Position numbers and translations under genes: made by a program. A stretch of DNA of 64,000 nt from an uncultured Erysipelotrichaceae bacterium (GTDB lineage Bacteria > Bacillota_I > Bacilli_A > RF39 > UBA660). The notes beneath the pieces were generated by a model. The model was not told where the DNA came from and made no database searches. It was given only the letters and a program-made list of their open reading frames with translations. The DNA is taken from positions 10,819-74,818 of the forward strand of contig CACZGA010000001.1 of the NCBI GenBank assembly GCA_902780585.1. The letters are read 5' to 3'. Position 1 is the first letter of the stretch, and the number at the start of each line of letters is the position of its first letter. Of the stretch, positions 27,698 through 40,100 are shown one piece after another.

Positions 27698-27810
27698 GTG
27701 ATTCTGATAGATTAGATATTCTTGAAAACAAAGTAAAAGAACTTGAAAAAATAGTTAAACAACTAAAAAAGCTTGTTAAAACAGATTCGTTAGGAAACAT
27801 TATTAATTGA
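27694..27810 (+). CDS. 38-aa coiled-coil peptide; last gene of the plus-strand module
   Basis: ATGA overlap at 27694; runs to TGA 27808-27810. Heptad-like LDILENKVKELEKIVKQLKKLV. Confidence 0.35.
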   Translation: MSDSDRLDILENKVKELEKIVKQLKKLVKTDSLGNIIN

Positions 27811-27816
27811 TAAAAT

Positions 27817-27861
27817 AAGGCTGTAATCACCGTAATTGGTGGTTATAGCCTTATTTTTTTT
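27817..27861 (+). terminator. rho-independent terminator closing the plus-strand module
   Basis: aaggctgtaatcacc / ggtggttatagcctt forms a 15-bp stem (two G-U pairs) with a 6-nt loop and is followed by T8. Confidence 0.75.
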
Positions 27862-27965
27862 CTAAGAGCTTAAAATTTTCAGGATGAATAATTTATCATC
27901 TGAAACATAAAAATCGATTGTAGACTTTCCTACATATCTTAAAATTAAAATTTTTATATAGAAAA

Positions 27966-28007
27966 GGGAAGCTGAACTATAAAGTTCAACTTCCCTTATT
28001 TTTTTTG
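27966..28007. terminator. bidirectional hairpin terminator closing the minus-strand late operon
   Basis: gggaagctgaac / gttcaacttccc forms a 12-bp stem. The single mismatch is a G-U pair in the minus-strand RNA. T-rich tracts flank both sides. It lies 37 nt past the stop of the last late gene. Confidence 0.65.
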
Positions 28008-28043
28008 AATTTTGTTTCTGGATTATTTTTTTGATATAAAATT

Positions 28044-31000
28044 TTAAGTTAATTCTCTTTCTCCTATTTTTCTACCAGTTAATTCTAATTTAACACTTTC
28101 CCAAACAGGTTCAGTACTTTTTCCCATACCACTAGATTTAACCATAAAATCAAATAAATCCTATTTTCCAGTTGCTGTTCTTAATACATTATTAGATAAT
28201 CTATCAGCAGATTTTATAGCAAACGGAGTCCAATCTTTACCTCTTCCAGCTATAGATTTAATAAAGTTAGCATCGTCTGTAGATATTTTTAAAGTATCAC
28301 TAGTTAAAGTTAATGCATTATTTTTGATAGCATTACCAAATCCTTTATTTCCAGTTTCTTTTACATACTATTTTACTTGTTTATCTAATGAACCTAACAT
28401 AAGATTTCCTATAAGTAACCATATTATTAAATCTACAAATAATTGTCTTAAATTAGCATTGTATAATCTTCTTAATTCAGGATCAACATTTTCATCATGT
28501 AATAGGTACCATGCTCCTTTTATTCCAGATTTAGTAGTTTGATCAGATTTTCCATTCATTGCTCTTGCCAATTCCCACATTGTAACAATTATTCCTTCTT
28601 GTGGACGTCTTTTCCAAGTTTGAACGGCTACTCCTGTATCATCTTCTGGTTTTTCAATTCTTTTTGGAATTAAATCTCCATCTTCATCTATAGTCCAACA
28701 ATATTTAATTTTTTCTCCATTTGGTCCTTCTTCTTCGTAATCTTCAAGCTTTCCTTCTTGTGTATAAGAACGAACTTGAGCATATTGATTCTTTTTAGCT
28801 GACCAATAAGTATTCATTTGCATAAACATTGCTCCTACAGTATATGAATGTAATAAAGATTTCTTTTCATGTGCATAATATCCATAAATTCTATCAGATA
28901 AAGCTTTAGCTGATTCAGATTGTTGATTAGTGTAAGCTTTTGGAAGAGCTTTAGGATTATTTATATCAAGTGTAAATAAAGTTCCATCTGAATATTTCGC
29001 TCCTTCTAATTCAAACTATCTAGCCATAGTAATATATAATGATTTTTGTTCATTATATTTTTTTAATTCTAAAGGAGAAACAGATGAATCTTTACCTTTA
29101 TATTTAGCAAATATATCGAATCTTTTATCCTTAGTCCAATCATAAACTAGTTTTCCATCAACTACTTTATAAGCTTCTAATGAACCATCTTTATGCATCT
29201 AAGCATAAAAAAGAGTCATTCTATTATAAAAATCAGGACGTGATGCAAATCTAAATCCTACTCCCCAGAAATGATAAAGTAATCCAGTATTATCTGTTTT
29301 AATTCTATCTATATAGCTATTAGCATCCATATCATTAAATCCATACTATTGATTTAATAATTCTGACATTGTAAAATCATTACCAAGATGTAATAAATCC
29401 TACATTACAATAGACCATCCTTTAAATAATCCTTCTCGTGTAAATGGATTATCATCATTATTATAATATTTTATAAATAGAGTAATGTCTTTCCATAATC
29501 CATCTATAAATTGATACCACTGTCTAGGGTTAAATGCTAAAGCTAATTTAGATGCTGTAGACATTGCTACTTTGGAAACATCAGTTACTATTTGAGATAA
29601 ACTATCATCTCTATCTTCTACAGGACGATTATGAATTCTTGTTTTAATATATGTAAGAATATATTCAATATCATTCTTAAAACTTTCATTCAGTATTCCT
29701 CCTTGCATATTTAAATGAAGTGTTAATGCTCTAAGTACTGGAAATATATTATTTAATTCATCAGCCATTTTATAAGCTGAAGTATGTTTTAATAAAAGAG
29801 TTTCAAGATTATGTTCAAAATATGCTTTTCCACCTAATCTTTCATCAGAAAGGATTTGTAACCTATATTTTTCATTTTCTTCTCCTTCTCCATCTGTAGC
29901 ATCAAAATTATTTATAGCTTCCCAAAATTCACCGTTCTTTAATTTTTCTTTATATTTATCATCGGTTACTAATCCAGTAGCATCAGCATCATATCTTCTT
30001 TTGAGTGTACTTAACATATTCTTAGGAGCTAACATAGCAAATCTAGATCTTATAAAATTAAGCCATCCGTGTCTTACGGCAACTTCAGAAGTTAAATCTC
30101 CTTTTGTTAACGGAACTCGTAAATATCGTTTTGGATTTTTCTTTATATCTTCTTCTATAGTATTAGGATTAAAATTTTTTATTCTATTATCATTAATTTT
30201 TAATAATGCAAACTTTAAGAAATCTCTTTCTTCATCAGTAAGTTCAACAGAATTATCCCAAGGATTTTTAAACAATAAATCTTCTCCACTTTCATCATAC
30301 ATATTTATATATAATGACTATACTTGATTTCCAGTTGTATATTGCTATAATTTTCCAAATCCTTTTTTCTCTTTAAGAGTTTCTACTTTTTTTCTTAATT
30401 CTTGATTAAATGCAATAACATTATCACGAACATTTTGATAAGCTTTTGTTACTTGATCTGTAAATTCATTTAATGTTTCACTCTATAATGTTCCTGGATT
30501 ATCCACCATTGTTCCAGCTATTCCTCTAAAGTTACTAAAATTTCCTCCAACTAATTGAAATTTAGCATGGTCTTCTATTTGCTGGAGTAAATTTACATCA
30601 GATAACTAAGCAATTGCATAAAGAATTTGTCTATGTAAAAGATATTCAGGATTAGAGTTTTCATCAGGAATACTAGATGTTTCCTAATTTAAATTCTTAT
30701 ATCCATAATCAAACCCGTCATTTCCTGTAAGTTTTTTATCCAATTCTATTAATTTCTATCTTAATAAAATAGGATTTGCTCCAAAATCATCTAAATCAGA
30801 AATACATCTTTTTATGTCTTGTTTAATTCCATATGCAATTTTACCTAATCCATTTTCTTCTGGACTAGCTTCTAAACATTCTTCAAAAGCAAATCTACAA
30901 GCATCAACTCTATTTACCATTCTGATTTTTCCGTTTTTTCCGTCAAAATTAAAATTATTTTTAATATTTCCTAATGAACATAATCTTTTAAAATTATATA

Positions 31001-33071
31001 ATAATTGTTCATTAGTTGCTGTTATACCCTTTTGTCCTCTAGGACTTATTACTTCAATGTTTCCAATACCTTTATTTTCAGTATTAAATAATCCTGGAAT
31101 TTCATTTAAAAGTAACATTACTTCCTATAATTCTATATTTCCACCTACTCCAGTCATAACTTGATTATTAGAATCAGAATTAACTACATCATCAGTTAAG
31201 AAAGTTCCTAATAAAGTAGTTCTATTTTTTCCAGAAAATTTAACTTTCTATGTAGGATTAAAATAATCGGAAATTCTAATTACATCAATTAATCCAGTAT
31301 ATTTATTTCTAAACATCAGTACTCCTAACTAATCAAATATAGAATCATATTTATCATCACTTATTAACTTCCATTTATTAGTGTTTGTATATTTTCCTAG
31401 TTTATCTTTAATCCAAAGAGGATTATCTTGACCAAAAGATGCTTTAGATGCAAGATTTAAAAAATCTTCTTCTGTCTCAGTATTTCCTAAAGATTTAAAA
31501 GTTTTTCTAATACTCGAAGTAGTATTTGGAACATAGTATTCTTTATATTCATATTTAGCTACTATTTTATTAAATATAATAGTTTCAGCTTCTTCTTTAG
31601 ATTTGTTACCACTAGCAACAAAATTATTTTTATTGTCTAATTTGAATTCCCAATTCTGAGTTATTTTATTCTTTTTAATACCTCCTGCTTCTTTTATCAT
31701 CTCAGCTATATCTTCTTTTGACATATTTTTTCCATTTTTCTTTATTTTAAATAAAGTTCTTGAATTTTCAGCAACTTTTGTTAATAAATCACCTGTTATA
31801 AAAGAATCTTTTTTAAAATTTCTTGGAAACACTTGTTCAAGATTATTTTCTATAGTGTTATATAAATTTCCACCTTTAGTTGCAGATGTATTAGATAATT
31901 CTTGAATTGGTTCATCCATTATAGATATTTCTGAAAATTGTACTTTTTTAGTATTATTATCAAATCCAAAGTTTTCAAATTTTAAAGGAATTATTCCTAA
32001 TCTCATTTCTTCATTAGGTTCAATTCCAATACTTTGTAATAATCTTCTATAAGCAGCCAACTAATATTTAAAGGTTAAAACTTTAGCAGGATCGTATTTA
32101 TCAAGTTCTTTAGAATAATTTGATTCAGTATAATCTTTAGGAGAACATTTAAAATCAAGTATTCCTATTCTACCATCTCTTGATACTACCATTAAGTCAA
32201 TTCTTCCTACTACTGGAAAAGCGTTAGTTCCATCCGATCCTTCTCCTATAACTTTCTTTTCAGAATAGATTACACAATCTTCTCCATAATCCTTTTTAAT
32301 ATTTTCATATATCTTAATAGCAGCTTTAATAGAAGATTTTTTTATTTCTGGAGTTATATATGGTCTAAATTTAGAATAATGAGACGTTTTTAATTTTTTT
32401 TCAAATTCTATATTTAACTAGTCTTCAGTAAGATTTTTAAATCTAATTCCTTCGTCAGTTTTAGATTTGAAGAAATCTGACATTATATTATGAATTAAAT
32501 CTCCACAAAGAGCTTGTTGTTTCCATACATCTGTCATTCTTTCTTCGATTTTATTTAAAGTATCTTCATCTGTAATCTTTTGGGGTATTCCGTTTATTTT
32601 AGGAAGTAGATCATCAACAAATGGTAATTGTGCCTATATTTTTGGATCATCATATTTACCATCTCTATATAACTGTTTCTAACCACCTGGGTTAGCTTCT
32701 GTTCCATCCCAGTAATTTTCAGCTACAAATACAGGAAATACAGGATTTCCATCAGGTCCTTTCATCTAATGAATAATATCAGTAATAGATCTATAATCTC
32801 CAGAAGCTTTAATAGGATCTAAATCTGACGGTTCTCCTTCTTCTGAAAGTTCAGTTATTTTATTTGATTTTTCTCCTTTCTCATATAAATCAGATACTTT
32901 CTCTAAAGCTTCATGAACTTGATTCTATTGTTCACTCCATTTAGAGTTTTCTGTTTTTTTAAAAGCAGCGTCTCCTAATTTATTTCTTAAATTATTATGG
33001 AATAATAAGTATTCATCTAACTCTAATTCTGAATTAAAAGTTAGTCCATTATATTTATATTTACAAGTCAT
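28044..33071 (-). CDS. late giant protein F (1675 aa, TAG read as sense) with an N-terminal RecB-family PD-(D/E)XK nuclease domain
   Basis: Track fragments 28368-28829, 29016-29198, 29400-30302, 30756-31118 and 31329-32060 share one frame, and all end at TAG. A triplet check of every gap found no in-frame TAA or TGA. The ATG at 33071 overlaps the stop of gene E (ATGA). The true stop is TAA 28044-28046. Confidence 0.85.
32040..32520 (-). other. PD-(D/E)XK nuclease motif set inside protein F
   Basis: CGDLIHNIM, GRIDLMVVSRDGRIGILDFKCS (D ... D-x-K) and TFKY[TAG]LAAYRRLL (QxxxY, with the Q encoded by TAG 32061-32063). Confidence 0.65.
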
Positions 33072-34132
33072 ATACAATTTTCAATTAATTCATTATTAGT
33101 TAATAACTCTTCCTTTACATTTGACATAATTCTGTGGATTGTTGCATCATCAATTGTTCCAGCAGAATCTATATCAAAATTAGAAGAATTTAATCTAGAA
33201 GCTAAGTTCAATAAAGAATTCTAAAATAAATTATCAATAGTTTTTACACTAACTTCTCCAAATATTATAGAATCTATATCTCTTTTTATATTATACATTA
33301 CATAATTCATTATATTTTTATCAGCTGAATCAAATAAACTTGGCTAATTAGTTAAAAATTTTGCTAATTCCTTTACAAAAATTTCTTCTTGAATATCAGA
33401 CATAGTTCTATTCGGATAAGATTTAGCCTAAAGTTCAAAATTTGGTAATTGCTAAACTTGTGATACTAATGAAAAATATAAATCTGGATTATTATATCTT
33501 ATAGATCCCAAAAATAAATGAAGTTGTTCATGTATAGGAGCATCTACTGTAGCTATGTCTGTATTTATATAGATATTTCCATTATATATAAATGCTTCAA
33601 GCTAGTGTACTGGTAAATTCTAAAATTCTGGATCTGAAGATAACTATTCGCTAGTTATCGGAATCATATTTATTCCATAATATTTCTATAATCTATCTAA
33701 GGCATCTTCGATTATTATAGAATTATTTGATTCGTCAAAATCTATATCTCTATTTACTTCTAAAATATCAGTGTACTCGGTAGGTCTATGTTTTATATCT
33801 ATTAAAACAGAATCTCCAATTTGAGTAAAATGTACTTCTAAATCTTTATATTCATTATTTATTTTTGAAGTAGCTTCCTCTATAGATTTAGAATTAGTTA
33901 GTTTTAATATATCCTAAGCTAGGACGTATTCACTATTTCCTTCTTTTCTAATTTTTAATTTATCTCTTAGATAAGGTTCTGAATTAGCTTCAGGAATCTC
34001 ATCTAATTCTGGCATTCTTCCGTTTTCTTCTTCAAAACCTCTAATAAAAGAATAAGAGGAAAATTCCGAAAGACCAGACATCTTTTTTAATGTCTGGCCT
34101 CTCTAAGAATTTTTTACTTCACAATAATTCAT
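33068..34132 (-). CDS. late protein E (354 aa) with an HExxH zincin-like motif
   Basis: Frame verified triplet by triplet. It has 10 in-frame TAGs and ATGA overlaps at both ends. The motif context is NGNIYINTDIATVDAPIHEQLHLFLGS. Confidence 0.8.
33518..33532 (-). other. HEQLH (HExxH) motif
   Basis: cat gaa caa ctt cat in the frame of protein E. Confidence 0.5.
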
Positions 34133-37100
34133 GGGCAATCTTTTACAGTATTATCATGTAATATAGCATCTAAATAATATTTAATTTTTTCTAAGTCATA
34201 TTTTCCATTTTTTCTTGGAAATATTTTAGAAGGAGTTATTTTTTCATCAGATGATTTTTCCTTAGCCATTTGTATTATCTAATTTACTGTATAGGACTTT
34301 TCTCCTTCATTTACTACTAAATCTTTTAATGGTTTATTAGTAATTTTATAATTTCCAACTTCCAATATATCTACTTCATTAGAATCATCAAAATTATTTT
34401 CTAATCCAATCATTACATATCCAGCATCGTTCATTTTCTTTATAAATGATTCTCCCTAAAAGTCATCTTCATTTCCTTCATCATTATCTGGATCTGGGTC
34501 AGGTGAATTGTCATCATTATAATCATTAGAATTATTATTTGATTCATTCTATTTTTTATATCCAAGATATGTTTTTTTATCTTCTGGATTAGTTACATAA
34601 ATCCAAGGAATTTTTAGATTAGGAGTTACTTCATAAGGTTTTAATAACGGAGCTATTGCTTTTATTATTTCATCTTGATTTTCTAAACTTACTGTATCAG
34701 ATTTTCCCCATTTTACTATAAAATCATTATAATCTTTTATAACATCTAATCTATTAGCTTTAATTAAATCTTCGAATAAAGAGGTTAAGGATAACTATCC
34801 TGGCTAATTATTATATGCTAATAAATTATAATAAAACATATATTCTATATATTTAGTAGGAAGTAATGATAAATCATACTTAGCTAAATCAAATTGAACT
34901 ACATCTGAAGGATTACTCATATCATTAGTTTTTATTTTAGCTAAATTTATAGAAGTATTATGGTCTGGATTATAATCATAACTTCTATATCCTAAATACT
35001 AAATAAATCTATTACTAGGATATTTTTTCTTTAATTCTGGGAATACTATATACTACATATATTCCTTAAATTTCTAATCGTCTTTCTCATTAATTCCTAA
35101 CTATATAGTCTATGGTCTACCTTCAGTATATACTAATTTTCCATTTACAATTTTAAATTTAGGAACATTTATAATTTTAATATTCTATTCTTGTAAAAAT
35201 TCCTAATGCATTTTTCTATATATAAATGGATTTATATTCCTTCTTATTTGAGATAAATGAGTAGTTTTTCTAGTATTCATCTAAGGAATTATAGAATCTT
35301 CTATTAATCTAGTAGCTCTGTATAACTATGAAGATTTAGAACCCATCCTTACTACAGCATTAGCTAACTTAAGGTAAGTTTGATAATTATCAACAGTATC
35401 AGCTACTTTTAGTATATTTGTAGTAGATTTTATTTTTCCATAAATACTTTTAGCAAGTTTATTATAATCTTTATCATATAAGAATGTATGTAAGTCTAAA
35501 TAATAAGATTCATTAGATTTGATTATTCCCTATTCTCTTAATTTATCATTATACTATTTGAGTTGGTCTAATTCTGTTAAAACTTCAGAATAATACTTTT
35601 CTAAACGAGTACTTCCAATTAAATCTAACCTATTAGAAATAATTTTTGAAAAATTAGTATAGAATGTTATCTAATCTTCTATTTTATTAGGTAATCCTTG
35701 ATTAAGTGCCATTAATGGACGTAACTAACTTTGTTCTTCAGCTATCTCCGCCAATCTAGATAATTGATTGATTATTTTATGTTGTTCTCCATCATAACCT
35801 TCTATTAAATCATTATCTATAACATTCTAATTACTTAACCAATTATATATACTTTTAATTTGTCCTAAATATCTTTTAGAAGAAAATATTAATCCTTGTA
35901 TAGCTTTTAACTAATCTTCAAATTTAGTATTCTAACTTTCATTAAATGATTTATCGAACTCTACTATTTTATCTAAACTTTGTTCTCCAAAATCTCTATA
36001 GTCTTTCCAAGCCTAGATTTCATCTAATACTTGTTGTTTCTATTGTTGTTTAGCTAATAAATCATTATAAGATTTTTCCTAGTCTTCTGTTCTATTTTCT
36101 ATTGAAGATAATTCATTTAAATAATTTTCAGCTCTTCTTGAGAATTTTCTATATTCTTTCTTGGTTTTAAGAGTAGCTATAATATTATTAATTAACTAAT
36201 CTTTATCTTGTTTTAAAATAGAACTTTCTGCATTAGGAGTTTGTAAGAATTTAAATATTGATAACATCTAATCTCTAAGATGCGGATTAGCAATTTTATT
36301 AGCTAAGTTACTTTTATTGATTTCCTCATTCTCTTGATAAATACCTAATTTAACAAATAAAGGTTTAAGAGTTTTTAATTGAGTATCAGTCAAATTTATA
36401 ACAGGAGGAACCTATAACTCTCTAATTATATCCAATATTCGAGTTCTGGCTTTCTATTCATTAAATACATTTCCATCAGATAATCTTGTTAACAACAATC
36501 CAGTATCAGATAATATTAAACGAGCTAGTTCTTCTACAGAATATCCTAAAATAACTCCAGCATTATATAAAGATAACATTTTAGGTCCACAATTTAACTA
36601 AGGTAATTTTGGATCTTTAGCATTATCAGTACTTAAAGAAAGTAATCCAGATTTACTAAGATATTCATCACGATACTAATTTACTTTTCTTAATGCTTTT
36701 AATACATCTTCATCTTTAATAGTATCTTCATTTCTAACTCGAACATTAGCCAACATATTTACTTCTCTTCCATTTATTATTACTCTAAAAAGTAAATCTT
36801 TCTAATCTTCAGCTGTTCCTTCTTCTAAAACTTGATAATTATATTGACTACTTATTTCAAAATTCTTTAACGAAGACGCTTCAATACCTACACCTTCCTT
36901 ACCTCCTAGTGTTAAAGTAAGCATTTTAATTTTAGAATATACAGAACCTCTATCGAATTTTTTAACGAATCCAGATAATTTCTAAAATTCAGGATGAGCT
37001 TTTTCATCATCCACAAGAGTTTTTATTTTATCCATCTAAGGATCAATAGGAGCTTGTGCCTAAATCCTATTAATAGGATCTTTAGAAATATCCTTAGCTT

Positions 37101-40100
37101 TTATAGAAATAAAATTATATAAACTATCAAGTAAAGTCTTTCCTTTTATTGATTTATTATGATAATTTACTAAAGATTTAATAAACATATGTGACTAATC
37201 CTAGGATTCGGGAATATATCCTAATTTATTGTATACATCAATTAATAATCCAAGATTAGGAGCTAGTTCTATAATATTATTCTAAATATATTTAGCATTT
37301 AGTTCAGAAGCTTTATATAGATTTTCTGATATTATTGAATCATTAAAATCTTTAAAATCAGATTCTATATCTACATCAACCAAATATCCATCTCCTGTTA
37401 ATCCTAATGCTTGTCTTGTAATAAAACTTATATCAAAATTAGATCTATTTACAATTCCTTTGAATCCTTCTAGCTCTTGTCTTACTCTTCTTAATAATAA
37501 ATACTATTCCAATTTAGAAGTATTGTTCCAATTATTTGCAGATATATTAATAGCATCATTATTGATATATTGAATAGTTAAAGAATTTCCAGAAGGAAGA
37601 GATATTATAGTCTATCCTTCATTTTTAGTAATAATAAAATCATTTCTTATTACATCATAAGGTCTTCTCTAGAACTTACTTTTATTTTTTAATAAAGCTA
37701 ATTCATTCTACTCTGATTTAGTTAATTCATTTTTATCCTATAACTATTTTAATCTATATCTTTCGTTAATAGTTAATGCTTGAATAATATTTAATTCTCT
37801 CTAATTAGGGAATGGAAGTTTTTTAGAAGCTAAGAATGTATCTTTAGATTTTAGACTAAAGAATGGACTCCAAACTACTAATTTTCCATGTCTAAATTTA
37901 AGTCCTAATAGGGATATTTTATCAATGTCATAGTCAGAACCTTGAAGCCATAACTAATCTCTAGATACATATGCAGAGTTTGTATTTTCAACACCAAATG
38001 CAGCAATGGTCATTGCCATAAATGATTGTTGTGATTGAGCAGGAGTTCTAGATACTATAGTTTCAAGAGATTGCAAGAATGACGTATGAACATCAATTCC
38101 TGACAAAATCATTCCTTTAAAGAATCTATTATTATTAATTAAATCATCACCAGTAATTCCAGAATTTAAATCTTTTTCAAGAGATTCAATTTGCTATTCT
38201 GTATATGTTTTATCATTAGAAATTAATTCTAAAAGATATTCTGTATCTTCTGGAAATTCTAATAATTCTTCTAAAGTTCCATCCTCTAATATTTCATCAA
38301 CATCTTCTCTAAATAAATCAAATAAATTTCCTTCAACTTCTTTTCCCGACTATATTGTAGAACTTAATAGATTATTAAACATTAACCTAACAGTCATGGA
38401 ATCTCTATCATTTCTATTAAATGGCTATTTTAATTTATTATTAATTCTTTGATTAGCTATTTTTAATAATATTTGAATTTTACTTCGAGCTGTCTTATTA
38501 ACACTTTCGTTAAGTTGTCTTAATAAATTAGCTTTATCAGAAGTTCCTTGTTCAGAAAATATTATTTTATTATAATTAAATTCATCAAGAAAATGTGTAA
38601 GATTATTAGAATAAATTATTTCAGTTCCTGTAGCTTTATGTTTATAAATTTGTATATCAGGAGTTATTAGTCCATGTTCATCAACTGTATAAGGTACAGA
38701 ATAAAGACGTTTTCCGAGTGGTGTTGTTCTATAAAGAACATCCCCATCAAGTTCAAAATTAGTTGGAAATTCTAATCTAACTTGTTGGTAGTCACTACTC
38801 ATTAAGTCTTCTGGAGGAAAACCTAAATAAATATGATTACCATCTAATGTTTTTAATTCTAAATCAAATACTTCCTAATCAGTAATTTTAGATTTCCAAT
38901 TTTCTAATTGTCTCTTAATAAAGAAATTCTAATCGTTTTCAATATCTTTAACCTAATCTCCTTCTTTTAATCCAAATTCTGTTTTATAAATCATAGGTAA
39001 TATAATTTCAAATGGATTTACCTATGTTTTAGATTTATCAACTTTTAATACCTATCCATTAATAGTTACTGTAGTTTCTATTCCAGAACTTAAAGCATTC
39101 AAATCTTTCTAGAATTGAACGGTTAAATAATCCTTTCCATTAACATTATTTTCAGTTATTTCTGTTGGAAGCTATAATAATTGTAATTCTTCTTGTTGAG
39201 GAATTGATAATAACTAAATATATTCTGGATGTTTAAAAGCGTTATATGCTTTTTGAAAATTATTTAATTTATCCCAATTTCTCTGTAAATTTGCCTAAAA
39301 AGCAATTTGTTCTTCAGAAGTTTTATTATTAGGAATTAAGAATCCATCTTTTTTATCATCCCAATCCTATAAAGCTCTTACAGTATCAAGTTGCCAAGTA
39401 TTATATTTTGTTCCATTAGCAACAAATGTTAATTGATAGGTTGCTAAATCTCTACCTAATGGAAGTATGACTTCTTTTCCATTTATATTTTTATATTCTA
39501 CTACTGTTTCGTAGAAGTTTTCTCCGTTAAGAATTCTCTACTCTAATTCATAGAATTTTTTAGGAGAATCTACTATAAATAACTCATTTGTTATAGTATT
39601 TCTATAGTTATAACCAAGTTTAATATCAGCAGGATACAAACGGGACTATATTGCTTTTTTCTTATTCTCTTCTTCTAAAGCTAATAGTTCATTCATATGA
39701 GTATGATAATACCCAGAAAGATGTCCGTTTATTAAAGTCATTCTTCTATTTGATGGATTTAATACTTCCATTCCTCCTTCAAATTTAAGTCTAATTGATT
39801 TTTCTAATTGTGATGCTAAACTTGACATAATTTTAGCAAATACAGCAGGATGACTTATAGGAAATTTCTATATTATCTCACTTTTATCAAAAGAAGAACT
39901 TTCTGTATCAAGTATAGAAGCAGCTAAAGCATTCATCATATCTCCATCTTGATTAGATACTTTAAGAAGAGTTTTATAAATACTATTGTTTATAGCTTCA
40001 TCTATAAGATCAGGATTATCAGATTCCATAGCTTGTAATACATTACCTGATATTATTTCTGCTATAGATGCTAATGCTTCATAACATTGTTTTCCTTCAT

